A stretch of 64,000 nt of DNA, from positions 2,688,001 through 2,752,000 of the forward strand of contig CAXXMD010000003.1 in NCBI GenBank assembly GCA_963675755.2, given 5' to 3'. This stretch comes from a bacterium. GTDB lineage: Bacteria > Zhuqueibacterota > Zhuqueibacteria > Residuimicrobiales > Krinioviventaceae. The translations under genes were made by a program, and so were the position numbers. Shown in pieces: positions 1 to 8,950 of the stretch (positions within the stretch are counted from its first letter, which is position 1; each line of letters opens with the position of its first letter). The notes beneath the pieces are model-generated. The model did not search any database and was not told the origin of the DNA. It saw nothing but the letters and a program-made list of their open reading frames with translations.

Positions 1-437
1 GTCTGATACCAGCCTCTGGCGAGCGTGGGTTTTACCTCTAAAATCGTATAATCCGAACCTTGCAGACCTCCCTCGTAAAACTGGATCCAGTCATCCTGCC
101 AGAGTTTAATTCTCAAATCCTCATCATTCATAACTTTGATTGTTCCGAGCAGGGACAAACCGTGCGTTTCCGGGAAACTGCAATAATAGAGACACACCTG
201 TGGGTTCTTTTGGATCTGGTCCATTTTGAGCGAGAGTCGGTTGGTGGACATGTAGGTGATAAATTCATTTTCCTGTGATTTGAAAAAATCTGCCAGTCTT
301 GCAAATTGATCAAGATTATGCAGGTTACCCATAGCACGGGTTTGTGGACAGTTGTTCTCGTCTACTGTGGATACATAGACCAGATCTGCATTCTGCATGA
401 GCTGTATGCACGCTTTTTTTATGGTTTGTTGGTTCAT
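1..437 (-). CDS. pyridoxamine 5'-phosphate oxidase-like / general stress protein (FMN-binding split barrel), 3' end runs off the window
   Basis: Not in the ORF track because it has no stop in the window. Manual translation from ATG 437 (GAGGA RBS upstream) gives MNQQTIKKACIQLMQNADLVYVSTVDENNCPQTRAM...STNRLSLKMDQIQKNPQVCLYYC...GLSLLGTIKV...KLWQDDWIQFYEGG, with the S/TVDxxxxPxxR and KxxQIxxNPxVxL patterns of this family. Confidence 0.8.
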   Translation of the reverse strand, partial: MNQQTIKKACIQLMQNADLVYVSTVDENNCPQTRAMGNLHNLDQFARLADFFKSQENEFITYMSTNRLSLKMDQIQKNPQVCLYYCSFPETHGLSLLGTIKVMNDEDLRIKLWQDDWIQFYEGGLQGSDYTILEVKPTLARGWYQ

Positions 438-482
438 TTCATTCCTCTCGAATCAGTTAGCAAGTTTGATATTTTACCAAGT

Positions 483-1517
483 TTATTTTATAAACAATCC
501 CGCGCCCAGATCAGAGCCCGGGGTTCCTTCTTCCACTTGCAGATATTGTTGAGGTATTCCCATATCCAGGCCCGCGCCTTTGACCAGCTTGATCTCTCCG
601 GATTTTGTTATGTTTTGTTCAATATAGGGCATGTCTGCCCCCGACTCGCTCAGTTCAAAATTGGGACCGCTAAATCCTGAAAAGAATTCGAAATTGTTGA
701 TGATACAATCCCTGATTTTGTATGTTTTTTTATTGTCGTCATTGCGCATAAAGGCGTATTGACACCGTGTAATGATATTGTGATGGAATTCAAAATCCTC
801 TCCGGTCTGGCAGAGCCACACGCCGGAAACGTATCCACCGTCAATAATGCAGTGGGTCATGCTGTTGTTTTTGCTTATGCCGCCATCCGCGTTCCAGAAT
901 ACAACGGCGTTGGCGCAATCGTAAAACACACAGTGATCAATTTGAAGACCGTGGCCATGCACAATGATTGCCACATTCGAGCTGGTTACATACTGACTGC
1001 AGAGAAACATGCATTGCGTAACCACCAGGTCGTCAAGACTTTTACCCAGCCGGTAAACAGGATAATACATGACACCGGGAATGGGTGTGCCGATGAATTT
1101 TAATCCGCGTATCTTGACATGGTCCATTTCTACCTTGAATCCCGATGTTTCAATGTATTTGGCGTTTTCAGGCACAACCGGATTGAGCGTGGATACAATG
1201 ATGGGCATGTCGTTGGGCTTCCAATTGGGATCGTCCGGCAGGATGGCCGCTTCGATGGTCAATGGATTGTCTGACGAGTACCCGGCTTTGCTATTGATAC
1301 TGCATTCTTTATCCAGAGAATAGAGTCCCGGTGCGATTTTGATGGCCGCCGGTGTATCCGCGGTGTTGAGTACATCCACCGCTTTTTGGATGGTTTTAAA
1401 AGGCAGATCGCTGCTGCCAGGATTGGTATCGCTGCCGGTTTTTATGTCTACATAAAGATCACCGGCAACGGATGAACCGGCAAGACAGAGCAGAATGGTA
1501 ATGATTAAGGTTTTCAT
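483..1517 (-). CDS. secreted DUF1565 / right-handed parallel beta-helix protein
   Basis: Signal peptide MKTLIITILLCLAGSSVA, then LYVDIKTGSDTNPGSSDLPFKTIQKAVD...IKIAPGLY (DUF1565-type start) and beta-helix-like repeats (IDHCVFYDC, MTHCIIDG, FHHNIITRC). Confidence 0.75.
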   Translation of the reverse strand: MKTLIITILLCLAGSSVAGDLYVDIKTGSDTNPGSSDLPFKTIQKAVDVLNTADTPAAIKIAPGLYSLDKECSINSKAGYSSDNPLTIEAAILPDDPNWKPNDMPIIVSTLNPVVPENAKYIETSGFKVEMDHVKIRGLKFIGTPIPGVMYYPVYRLGKSLDDLVVTQCMFLCSQYVTSSNVAIIVHGHGLQIDHCVFYDCANAVVFWNADGGISKNNSMTHCIIDGGYVSGVWLCQTGEDFEFHHNIITRCQYAFMRNDDNKKTYKIRDCIINNFEFFSGFSGPNFELSESGADMPYIEQNITKSGEIKLVKGAGLDMGIPQQYLQVEEGTPGSDLGAGLFIK

Positions 1518-1552
1518 TTTATGCCTCTGATTAGTATTGAAATGTTCTATAT

Positions 1553-1581
1553 AATATAGTACGATATAGTACTAATTGCAA
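1553..1581 (-). promoter_or_regulatory. sigma70-like promoter with a tandem direct repeat in the spacer
   Basis: Minus strand reads TTGCAA-N17-TATATT upstream of the 1517 start. ATATAGTAC occurs at 1554-1562 and 1564-1572. Confidence 0.5.
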
Positions 1582-1716
1582 GAGATTTTTACGTGAGACG
1601 GCAAACGTAAGACGTGAGATTTGTGTAAAAAAGAAGCGTTTTTTTGTGGACTGTAAAGTGGAAATGGCCAAAAAGGAGAATAAAATCATATCAAATACTC
1701 GTTAATTCGGACATAA

Positions 1717-1777
1717 ATCAGTTCCCATCCGTGTTCATCTGCGCGTGTTCGCCTACTGGCGAATATATCTGTGGTTA
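1717..1777. repeat. ATCCGTG-family intergenic repeat (about 10-bp period)
   Basis: atcagttcccATCCGTGttcATCTGCG...ATCTGTGGTT, same family as copies at 3452, 3569, 7581 and 7704. Contains a small TTCGCC/GGCGAA hairpin. Confidence 0.55.
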
Positions 1778-1862
1778 ATATTTTTGTTTTTCCCCCTTGC
1801 CATTCCCCGATCTTTTCCTATATTACAGATAAAAATAGTATTGAAAAAAGAGGGACCCATTC

Positions 1863-3365
1863 ATGGACCGACGTCGTTTTATCAAATCCTGTGCTGTGGG
1901 ACTGGGGGCTTTGGGTAGTGGTTATTTATCCGGTTGCGGTAAATCCGGAAAAAGCGAGCTGCCGAACATTGTAGTGATTCTGGCGGATGATATGGGGTAT
2001 GGCGACATCCACGCTTATAATCCCGAATCCAGAATCCCAACGCCGAATTTGGATGGTCTGGCGGCTGACGGAGTGCGCTTTACCGATGCCCATTCCGGTT
2101 CATCGGTGTGCACACCCACGCGTTATGGATTGCTTACCGGCCGTTATGCCTGGCGCACCTGGCTGAAAAAGGGAGTACTGTTCCCACCCAAAGACAAGCC
2201 GCTTATAGACACAGACCGCCTGACCGTAGCGGGACTGCTAAAAAAACAGGGCTACATGACTGATATGGTGGGCAAATGGCACTTGGGTTTCGGTTGGGCA
2301 AAAGACGAGCAGGGAGAGGTGGATTTTAACAAGCCGCTCAACTATGGGCCCACCGATTCAGGATTTGACAGCTTTTTCGGTATTGCCGGTTCACTGGATA
2401 TGATACCTTATGGATTTTATAAAGATCATGAACCGTATCAGCCATTTACCAGAGAGCAGCCCGAACTGAAATTCCCCCATTTTGTACGCAAGGGCCCCAA
2501 AGCCGAGGGCTTTGAACCGGTGAATGCCCTTGATGATCTGACAAAACAGGCGGTTTCCGTGATTGAAAAACGGGCTGCGGACAGATCGCCATTCTTTTTA
2601 TATTTTGCCATGACTGCACCGCATAAACCGGCGTGGCCGCATAAACGTTTTGAAGGCAAAACCGGACTCGGTCCCTATGCGGATTTTGTACACCAGACCG
2701 ACTGGACCGTTGGCCAGGTGCTGGACGCGCTGGAGCGAACCGGCACAGCCGATAACACACTGGTGATTTATACCAGTGATAATGGTTCGTATATGTATCG
2801 ACGCGAAGCAGGCGGTATCGATCATGTGACCATACCCACCAACCAGGGCTACAGTCCTGAAAACCACAAACCAAATGGCGACTGGCGCGGTACCAAGGCT
2901 GATGTTTGGGAAGGAGGACACCGGGTGCCCTTTATTGTACGCTGGCCGGGCAAAGCCGCTGCCAATTCAACCTGTAAAAAGATCGTCTGTCTGACCGATA
3001 TTATGGCAACCTGCGCCGAGGCCGCGGGCATCGCTTTGCCGGATTCGGCGGGAGAAGACAGCTTTAGCCTGGTGCCGCTGGTGCAGGGCAAGGACTGGTC
3101 TGTTCCGCGTGCTCCGGTGATCAATCACTCTATTGACGGCATGTTTGCGGTAAGAGACGGACGCTGGAAAATGGTGTTTGGCAATGGTTCCGGAGGGCGT
3201 GAAAAACCCAAAGGCGAGCCCTTTGGTGAACCGTATGTTCTGTACGATCTGGCAAACGATCCGGGCGAGACCACCAATGTGCTCCATCAGCACCCGGATA
3301 TTGCGCAGCAACTGACATCCATATTGCAGCGCATACGCCAGAGCGGTGGGAGCAAGCATATATAA
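1863..3365 (+). CDS. Tat-exported arylsulfatase (S1 family, formylglycine-dependent)
   Basis: Twin-Arg signal MDRRRFIK with lipobox-like LSGC. PNIVVILADDMGYGD, CTPTR (CxPxR), GKWHLG, SDNG, EGGHRVPFIVRWPG, YDLANDPGE. Confidence 0.93.
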   Translation: MDRRRFIKSCAVGLGALGSGYLSGCGKSGKSELPNIVVILADDMGYGDIHAYNPESRIPTPNLDGLAADGVRFTDAHSGSSVCTPTRYGLLTGRYAWRTWLKKGVLFPPKDKPLIDTDRLTVAGLLKKQGYMTDMVGKWHLGFGWAKDEQGEVDFNKPLNYGPTDSGFDSFFGIAGSLDMIPYGFYKDHEPYQPFTREQPELKFPHFVRKGPKAEGFEPVNALDDLTKQAVSVIEKRAADRSPFFLYFAMTAPHKPAWPHKRFEGKTGLGPYADFVHQTDWTVGQVLDALERTGTADNTLVIYTSDNGSYMYRREAGGIDHVTIPTNQGYSPENHKPNGDWRGTKADVWEGGHRVPFIVRWPGKAAANSTCKKIVCLTDIMATCAEAAGIALPDSAGEDSFSLVPLVQGKDWSVPRAPVINHSIDGMFAVRDGRWKMVFGNGSGGREKPKGEPFGEPYVLYDLANDPGETTNVLHQHPDIAQQLTSILQRIRQSGGSKHI

Positions 3366-3451
3366 TATTTGATTTTGGATTGGGATTTTGATGTGGATTT
3401 GCGGGACATATGATCCAGTATGATATTTTGCAATGCAGTAAATAATAATTT

Positions 3452-3601
3452 AGCCACAGATCAACACGGATTGGTTTTCTTGTTGTTTCTGAGATGATTG
3501 ATATATTAAATTATAAATTTATTATTTCAAGAAATATAAATTGAATCCATGATCAATACCTGTAAAAAATCTGTGCAGATCTGCGTGAATCCGTGGCTGA
3601 T
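3452..3601. repeat. inverted pair of CACGGAT/ATCCGTG-family repeats
   Basis: AGCCACAGATCAACACGGAT (about 3452-3471) and ATCTGTGCAGATCTGCGTGAATCCGTGGCTGAT (3569-3601) face each other across about 100 AT-rich bases. Confidence 0.65.
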
Positions 3602-3685
3602 CAAGTTTTCGAACAGTGGAATGCTGCGCTGGTGATATAAATTATGATTTGAAATGGGGATTATGAAATACGGACCAGAATTTTA

Positions 3686-3714
3686 TTGCTTTTGGGCCGT
3701 ATTTCTTTTATTAT
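3686..3714 (+). promoter_or_regulatory. sigma70-like promoter of the barrel cluster
   Basis: TTGCTT-N17-TATTAT upstream of GGAGGGG RBS and ATG 3777. Confidence 0.4.
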
Positions 3715-3776
3715 TAGAAAAGAACTGCTCGGGGAAGTAATACCAGCAAATGTAGCTCATTCTATTTGGAGGGGAC

Positions 3777-4985
3777 ATGAAAAAACTACTTTTAGTATTG
3801 TTCTTGTCTACAAGTATATGCATGGGGAAAAATTATCGTTTTTTTAATATGCAGAATATAGGAGGTACCCGTTCCTATGCAATGGGAGGATGTTTCACCG
3901 CGTCCAATTATGGAATAGAATCCATGCTGGGGAATCCTGCGGGTTTGACTAGAGTTAAAAGTATACAAATTATGGCAAGCGGTCGTTCGTTTATTTCTGG
4001 TAGTGAAGACTATGAAGACCATGTTAAGGAGGGAACAGCCGCTCCTCAAGCTACCCATGAAACTGAGGTTGTACATAAATTTTACAATGGGGCAGTTGCA
4101 TTTCCAATATTCTCAGAAATGAATAAGAAAATTGTTGGGGTGGTTGGGTATCGAAATTTTTATGATTTATCTTTTAAAACAAATATCTCTACAAAATATA
4201 ATATTGTACCACCACGTGAGCGACAAACAATCCGGGAATACAATGGCTTGTTAAATGTGGTTACCCTGGGAACAGGTATTCAGCTTGATGAAAAGGTGAG
4301 TTTCGGATTGATGTACAATTTGCCAGTAAATACAGAATACCGGTCAGTGATTGAACAGGTTTATCCAGGCAGCAGGCGTGTTGGGCTTTACAAAAATATA
4401 GAAACAGCAGATGTTTCAGGAAATGGTTTTTTTCAGGCGGGCGTGCAGATCCGGCCTGTACCGCGCTTGACGCTGGGAGCCATGTATATAACGAGCCATT
4501 CCATAGAGTATAAACGCAGGATTGAAAAAAAATACGATATTGAAAATAGTCTGGATGATTATGAAAAGCAATTCCCCCGATACTGGAGTGTGGGTGGTCA
4601 GTATAATCTGTTTGATAATCTGTTATTTACTTTGGATGTTAAAAGTTTTGATTGGGCGGATTTTTATAACAAAGATTATTATGAAACCGGGAAAACATGT
4701 CATTTGGGTGCAGAGTTTGTAAAGTTTGCCAAGTGGAGAGTTGGGTATTATACCTCTGATTTACCTATGGGGATTTCCAGCAGTGATCCTTTTGAAAAGC
4801 ATGGTGTGAGTGCTGGTTTGGGATATGGTTATAAAGGATTGACGCTAAATTTAGCTGCAGTGTATCGTAAACTGGAATATGATGCTGTAATTGAACAAAG
4901 CCTTTATGATCCGGTTGATGCAGATGATCAGAATTATGAGATGCATGATTATTTGTTGCTTGCATCCTGCATTTATAATTTTTAA
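3777..4985 (+). CDS. outer-membrane beta-barrel, FadL/OmpP1/PorV-like (paralogue 1)
   Basis: Signal peptide. Hatch motif GGTRSYAMGGCFTA...MLGNPAGL resembles the family GARAxxMGGAF...NPAGL. Amphipathic strands and a C-terminal YNF. Confidence 0.78.
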   Translation: MKKLLLVLFLSTSICMGKNYRFFNMQNIGGTRSYAMGGCFTASNYGIESMLGNPAGLTRVKSIQIMASGRSFISGSEDYEDHVKEGTAAPQATHETEVVHKFYNGAVAFPIFSEMNKKIVGVVGYRNFYDLSFKTNISTKYNIVPPRERQTIREYNGLLNVVTLGTGIQLDEKVSFGLMYNLPVNTEYRSVIEQVYPGSRRVGLYKNIETADVSGNGFFQAGVQIRPVPRLTLGAMYITSHSIEYKRRIEKKYDIENSLDDYEKQFPRYWSVGGQYNLFDNLLFTLDVKSFDWADFYNKDYYETGKTCHLGAEFVKFAKWRVGYYTSDLPMGISSSDPFEKHGVSAGLGYGYKGLTLNLAAVYRKLEYDAVIEQSLYDPVDADDQNYEMHDYLLLASCIYNF

Positions 4986-5000
4986 TTGTTGAGAGTGAAT

Positions 5001-6211
5001 GTGAAAAAAATAATTTTTGTATTGTGTTGTTCTATGAGTTTGTGCATGGGGCAAAATTATCGTTATTTTAATATGCAGAATATAGGCGGTACCCGTGCAT
5101 ATGCAATGGGGGGGATGTTTTCACCGCGTCAAATTATGGAATCGAGTCCATGCTGGGGAACCCGGCAGGATTGACAACAATTGATAACCTACAAATCATG
5201 GCAAGTGGTCGTTCGTTTTTAGGAATAGATGAAGGCTATAATAAAGAGGGTGGATCCTATTCACCAGAAACAACTACTGAATCTTTGATTGATAATAAAT
5301 TCTATAATGCTGCAATTGCCTTCCCAATTAAAACAGATAATAACAAGAAAATTGTCGGGGTGATCGGGTATAGAAGCTATTATGACATTTCTTTCAAAAC
5401 AAGTACAACTAGTGAACAAACTGAATTTTCCAACCAAAGGCATAGGACCCTAGAGTATGATGGATTGTTAAATGTCGTTACCATTGGAACAGGAATACAG
5501 CTTGATGAAAAGGTAAAAATCGGGTTGTTATACAATGTCCCGGTAAATACTAAATACAAAATGGTGTCTGAGGATATTTATCAATACATCAGACTTGTTG
5601 GAAATAATAAAATCCTAAAAACAGCGGATGTTTCCGGTAGCAATTTTTTCCAGTTGGGTGTGCAGATCAGACCCATGCGACGATTGACCATTGGTGCTAT
5701 ATATATAATGGAACATTCTGTTGAACAAAAAAGCAGGGTTGAAATAGGGAATCATATCAAAGCTATCCTGGATGATAAGATATTGGAATTCCCTTATTTT
5801 TGGAGTGTGGGAGTACAATATCAACTGCCTTCTAAACTGATTTTAACCGTAGAAATGCAAAATTTTTCATGGGATGATTATTTGGTCCGTACGTATTACG
5901 AGACGGGTAACTCTTATCATATTGGCGCCGAGTATGAAAAAATATTAAAATGGAGGCTTGGATATTCTACAACCCGATTACCCTTTGATGATTCCAAGAA
6001 CAAGCCCTTTGATACCTATGGTATAACCGGAGGCGCGGGATACACATTCAAAGACCTCAGTTTTAACCTAAGCGCATTATACCGAATCATAAAATCTGAA
6101 GGTAATGAATATTCTCAATATGGATACGCCGTGATTGATTATGGAGAATATCACTATTATAATCATGATCTCCTTGTATATGCATCCTGCATTTACAATT
6201 TTGATTTTTAA
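5001..6211 (+). pseudogene. FadL/PorV-like barrel paralogue 2, split by a +2 frameshift in homopolymer tracts
   Basis: GTG 5001 gives MKKIIFVLCCSMSLCMGQNYRYFNMQNIGGTRAYAMGG, matching paralogue 1. The remainder (MLGNPAGL...CIYNFDF) is in the 5150 frame. Sequence is ATG GGG GGGA TGT TTTC ACC versus ATG GGA GGA TGT TTC ACC in paralogue 1: G7 at 5108-5114 and T4 at 5118-5121. Confidence 0.8.
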
Positions 6212-6228
6212 TTGTTTTGGGGGGATAA

Positions 6229-7467
6229 ATGAAAAAAATACTGGTTGTTTTCTTGCTCACCACGTCCGTAACTTTTGCACAAATTTATCAGTTGCTGAAT
6301 TCACCGGTTAATGGTGGTACACGTGCCTTTGCCATGGGGGGATGTTTTACTGCCACAAACGTGGGGATTGAATCCATGTTGGGGAATCCGGCAGGATTGG
6401 TTGATATGTCCCAATTTCAGGTTCTGATAAATGGCCGGTTTACGGTTACCGGTAATGAGACATATAATGATGAATATTATCGACAGGTGGGTTACAAGGA
6501 TTTTTCCGCATCATACAATTCGCAATTCAGGCCCTTAACCCTGGCAATTGCAGTTCCATTTGTTCTGCCTAAATTAAATGTAAACATGACCGGTGCTGTG
6601 GGATATCGCTGTTATTATGACTGGAATTATGATATTGAAAAAAATATCACGGCTATGCGAAATAGAAAATCTGTTTATCAAATCGAGCACAGGGGATTGC
6701 TCAACGTATTGACAATGGGACTGGGCATGCAAATATCAGAACGTGTTCAGTTTGGAATTCTGTATAACGAGCCTATGAATTCCAAATGGGAAAATACCAC
6801 AGAGGAAATATTTAGAGATACAAAATCAGTGTCCGGGAACCGGGCAGATATTTACGCAAACAATTTTTTCCAATTTGGCGGACTGTTTCATATTACGGAC
6901 CGCTTTTCTGTTGGTGCTGCCTATTATACGGGACACACTCTTGAATACAAGAATTTCGAGTGGAAAGCAAATGATGGAATCTATTATCCTCCCGAATATC
7001 CTTATGTGAAAAAATATGAATTTCCGCAATTTTGGAGCCTGGGTTTTAAAGCGGATTTGGATAAACGTATGATGGTTTCCGCTGAAATACAGAGCTTTCC
7101 CTGGGAAGACTATAAATACAAAAAATATGATATGAATTTTTTCAAGACTCCTATGGAAGTACATGCCGGATTGGAATTTCAACATGGCATACAATATCGT
7201 CTGGGAGCATATACAAACTTTTTTTTTCTACATCGGGATGAAATAGAATATGTTTCCAGATATGGCTTAACCGGTGGGGTAGGATTTGATGCAGGCGGAT
7301 TCAGTTTTGACGCCAGTGGTGTTTATCGAATCGTTGCGGATGAATCTCCGGTCAATGTTATTATCATGGAAGACGGTCCCGGCGGGTTTGATTTTGATTA
7401 CAGGATTAAAGAGTTTGTTTTATATCTGTCCTGTATTTATAGCTTTGATCTGGGTATTGGATTTTAA
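6229..7467 (+). CDS. outer-membrane beta-barrel, FadL/OmpP1/PorV-like (paralogue 3)
   Basis: Signal peptide, GGTRAFAMGGCFTA...ESMLGNPAGL, shared GLLNV and SCIY motifs, C-terminal Phe. Confidence 0.78.
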   Translation: MKKILVVFLLTTSVTFAQIYQLLNSPVNGGTRAFAMGGCFTATNVGIESMLGNPAGLVDMSQFQVLINGRFTVTGNETYNDEYYRQVGYKDFSASYNSQFRPLTLAIAVPFVLPKLNVNMTGAVGYRCYYDWNYDIEKNITAMRNRKSVYQIEHRGLLNVLTMGLGMQISERVQFGILYNEPMNSKWENTTEEIFRDTKSVSGNRADIYANNFFQFGGLFHITDRFSVGAAYYTGHTLEYKNFEWKANDGIYYPPEYPYVKKYEFPQFWSLGFKADLDKRMMVSAEIQSFPWEDYKYKKYDMNFFKTPMEVHAGLEFQHGIQYRLGAYTNFFFLHRDEIEYVSRYGLTGGVGFDAGGFSFDASGVYRIVADESPVNVIIMEDGPGGFDFDYRIKEFVLYLSCIYSFDLGIGF

Positions 7468-7536
7468 TAGAGCCAAGTCTGATTGAGATGTGATAGAGTT
7501 TGAAGAGTTTGTAAGACAAATGTCTCAATGAAGATT

Positions 7537-7567
7537 CCGTGATGTAGACATCTGCATCACGATCTGG
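7537..7567. repeat. REP-like palindrome, copy 1
   Basis: CCGTGATGTAGACATCTGCATCACGATCTGG; 30/31 identical to 8284-8314. Confidence 0.7.
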
Positions 7568-7580
7568 GGTCATTATTTTT

Positions 7581-7734
7581 ATCCGTGCAGATCTGTGTGA
7601 ATCCGTGGCTGATTAAAAAGTTTTTCCAGTTGGGTTGGGATTGACTGTTCTGATTTTATTTGTAGCGAGCCAGGGAACTCTTTTTTCAGTAAAATGATTT
7701 ATTAACCACAGACTCACACGGATGGAACACGGAT
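7581..7734. repeat. ATCCGTG/CACGGAT-family repeats (two oppositely oriented copies)
   Basis: 7581-7613 is 31/33 identical to 3569-3601. AACCACAGACTCACACGGATGGAACACGGAT lies at about 7704-7734 in the opposite orientation. Confidence 0.7.
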
Positions 7735-7850
7735 CCATAAAAACAGTGTAGAATACATCTTGAATTCAACGGATCAGCATGTAGATATCTACCGATTGGT
7801 GAGAATTGAGGAGGTAAGAGTCTGGTAAATAGTAGGATGGATGCTGATTG

Positions 7851-8240
7851 TTAACCACTCAGTGTGAAATTTTCATCACCCATTTCTATATACATTAAAA
7901 TTATCAATCCAACCATAGTGAGTAAAACTGTACTGACAACATGTTTTATTGCCTTGTCCCGAAATCTTGCCACTTTGAGAATTTCATCATAAAGAACGGT
8001 ATACTCTTTTCCAGCAAAAACGCCGCTAATGGAATTATCCGTAATTTCGGTTACTTTGAATTGTACTCTGCTGCTGTCCGTTTTCAGAATTTTAACAAGC
8101 TGGCCTTTATGAAATTGTTGTTTCCAATACTCATTGCTTTCTTGCCGGGTTTCCGGTTTGACCATGGTAGAGTAGCAGGATATATTAACTATTTGCGTTA
8201 TCAACAGGAGCAATGTTATTCCGATTAATTTTCGGTGCAT
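7851..8240 (-). CDS. small exported/membrane protein, possibly a lipoprotein (paralogue A)
   Basis: Hydrophobic N-terminus ending ISC, a beta-rich core (LVKILKTD...FKVTEI) and a C-terminal TM helix. Paralogous to 8316-8702. Confidence 0.7.
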   Translation of the reverse strand: MHRKLIGITLLLLITQIVNISCYSTMVKPETRQESNEYWKQQFHKGQLVKILKTDSSRVQFKVTEITDNSISGVFAGKEYTVLYDEILKVARFRDKAIKHVVSTVLLTMVGLIILMYIEMGDENFTLSG

Positions 8241-8283
8241 AACTTTTTCCTCAGGCTTGGGACGGATGCCTCTGTTTAATATC

Positions 8284-8314
8284 CCGTGATGCAGACATCT
8301 GCATCACGATCTGG
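8284..8314. repeat. REP-like palindrome, copy 2
   Basis: CGTGATGCAGA-CA-TCTGCATCACG is a perfect 11-bp stem, immediately after the stop of 8316-8702. Confidence 0.7.
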
Positions 8315-8315
8315 T

Positions 8316-8702
8316 TTAACCCGCTAATGAACAATTCCCATCACATGATTTACCGAGTAGATAGAAAAACAAAAACAGGCCTATGATTAAAGCGCTGACA
8401 CCGGTTTTTGCCACTTTGTCACGATAGCTTTTCACCTTGAGAATTTCGTTGTAATTGATGGTATAATTAGTTTCATCAAAGGTCCCGGTAACTGAATCAT
8501 TACCAACATCCGTGACGACCATTTTTGTCCATATATTGTCTGTTGTCAGAATTTTAACGAGTTGGTCTTTATGGAATTGCTGCTTCCAATAGTCGTTGTT
8601 TCTCTGTTGGATTTCCGGTTTGACCATGGTCGAGTAGCAGGATATATGTAGTATTTGCAATATCAGCAGGAGTAATGTTATTCCGATTAATTTTCGGTAC
8701 AT
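8316..8702 (-). CDS. small exported/membrane protein, possibly a lipoprotein (paralogue B)
   Basis: MYRKLIGITLLLLILQILHISCYSTMVKPE is nearly identical to the paralogue A N-terminus. C-terminal TM helix. Confidence 0.7.
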   Translation of the reverse strand: MYRKLIGITLLLLILQILHISCYSTMVKPEIQQRNNDYWKQQFHKDQLVKILTTDNIWTKMVVTDVGNDSVTGTFDETNYTINYNEILKVKSYRDKVAKTGVSALIIGLFLFFYLLGKSCDGNCSLAG

Positions 8703-8787
8703 AACTGTTTCCTTTGATTTGGGTCGGTTGTCAATGTCTAAAATTTTACTATGCAGGCATTTCTTTATTATTTGAACATTATTTTTT

Positions 8788-8878
8788 TACTGACTACTGA
8801 CTACTGACTACTGACTACTGACTACTGACTACTGACTACTGACTACTGACTACTGACTACTGACTACTGATAACTGAA
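8788..8878. repeat. heptamer tandem repeat (TACTGAC)11 plus 2 degenerate units
   Basis: 11 perfect TACTGAC units at 8788-8864, then TACTGAT and AACTGAA. Intergenic. Confidence 0.95.
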
Positions 8879-8950
8879 AGCTATTTACTACTTGATACAT
8901 TCGTCAAACATCAATGGGAACCAACACTTTGTCTTTACTTTTTCAATGTA

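Noticed and set aside
60-680. ORFs 60-278, 128-337 and 306-680 from the track
   Set aside because: Shadows of the PNPOx-like gene (minus strand, 437 to the window edge) and of 483-1517.
4986-5174. Independent 62-aa protein
   Set aside because: It is the N-terminal fragment of the frameshifted barrel paralogue 2.
8788-8878. Possible CRISPR array
   Set aside because: Contiguous 7-bp units with no spacers, and no cas genes in the window.
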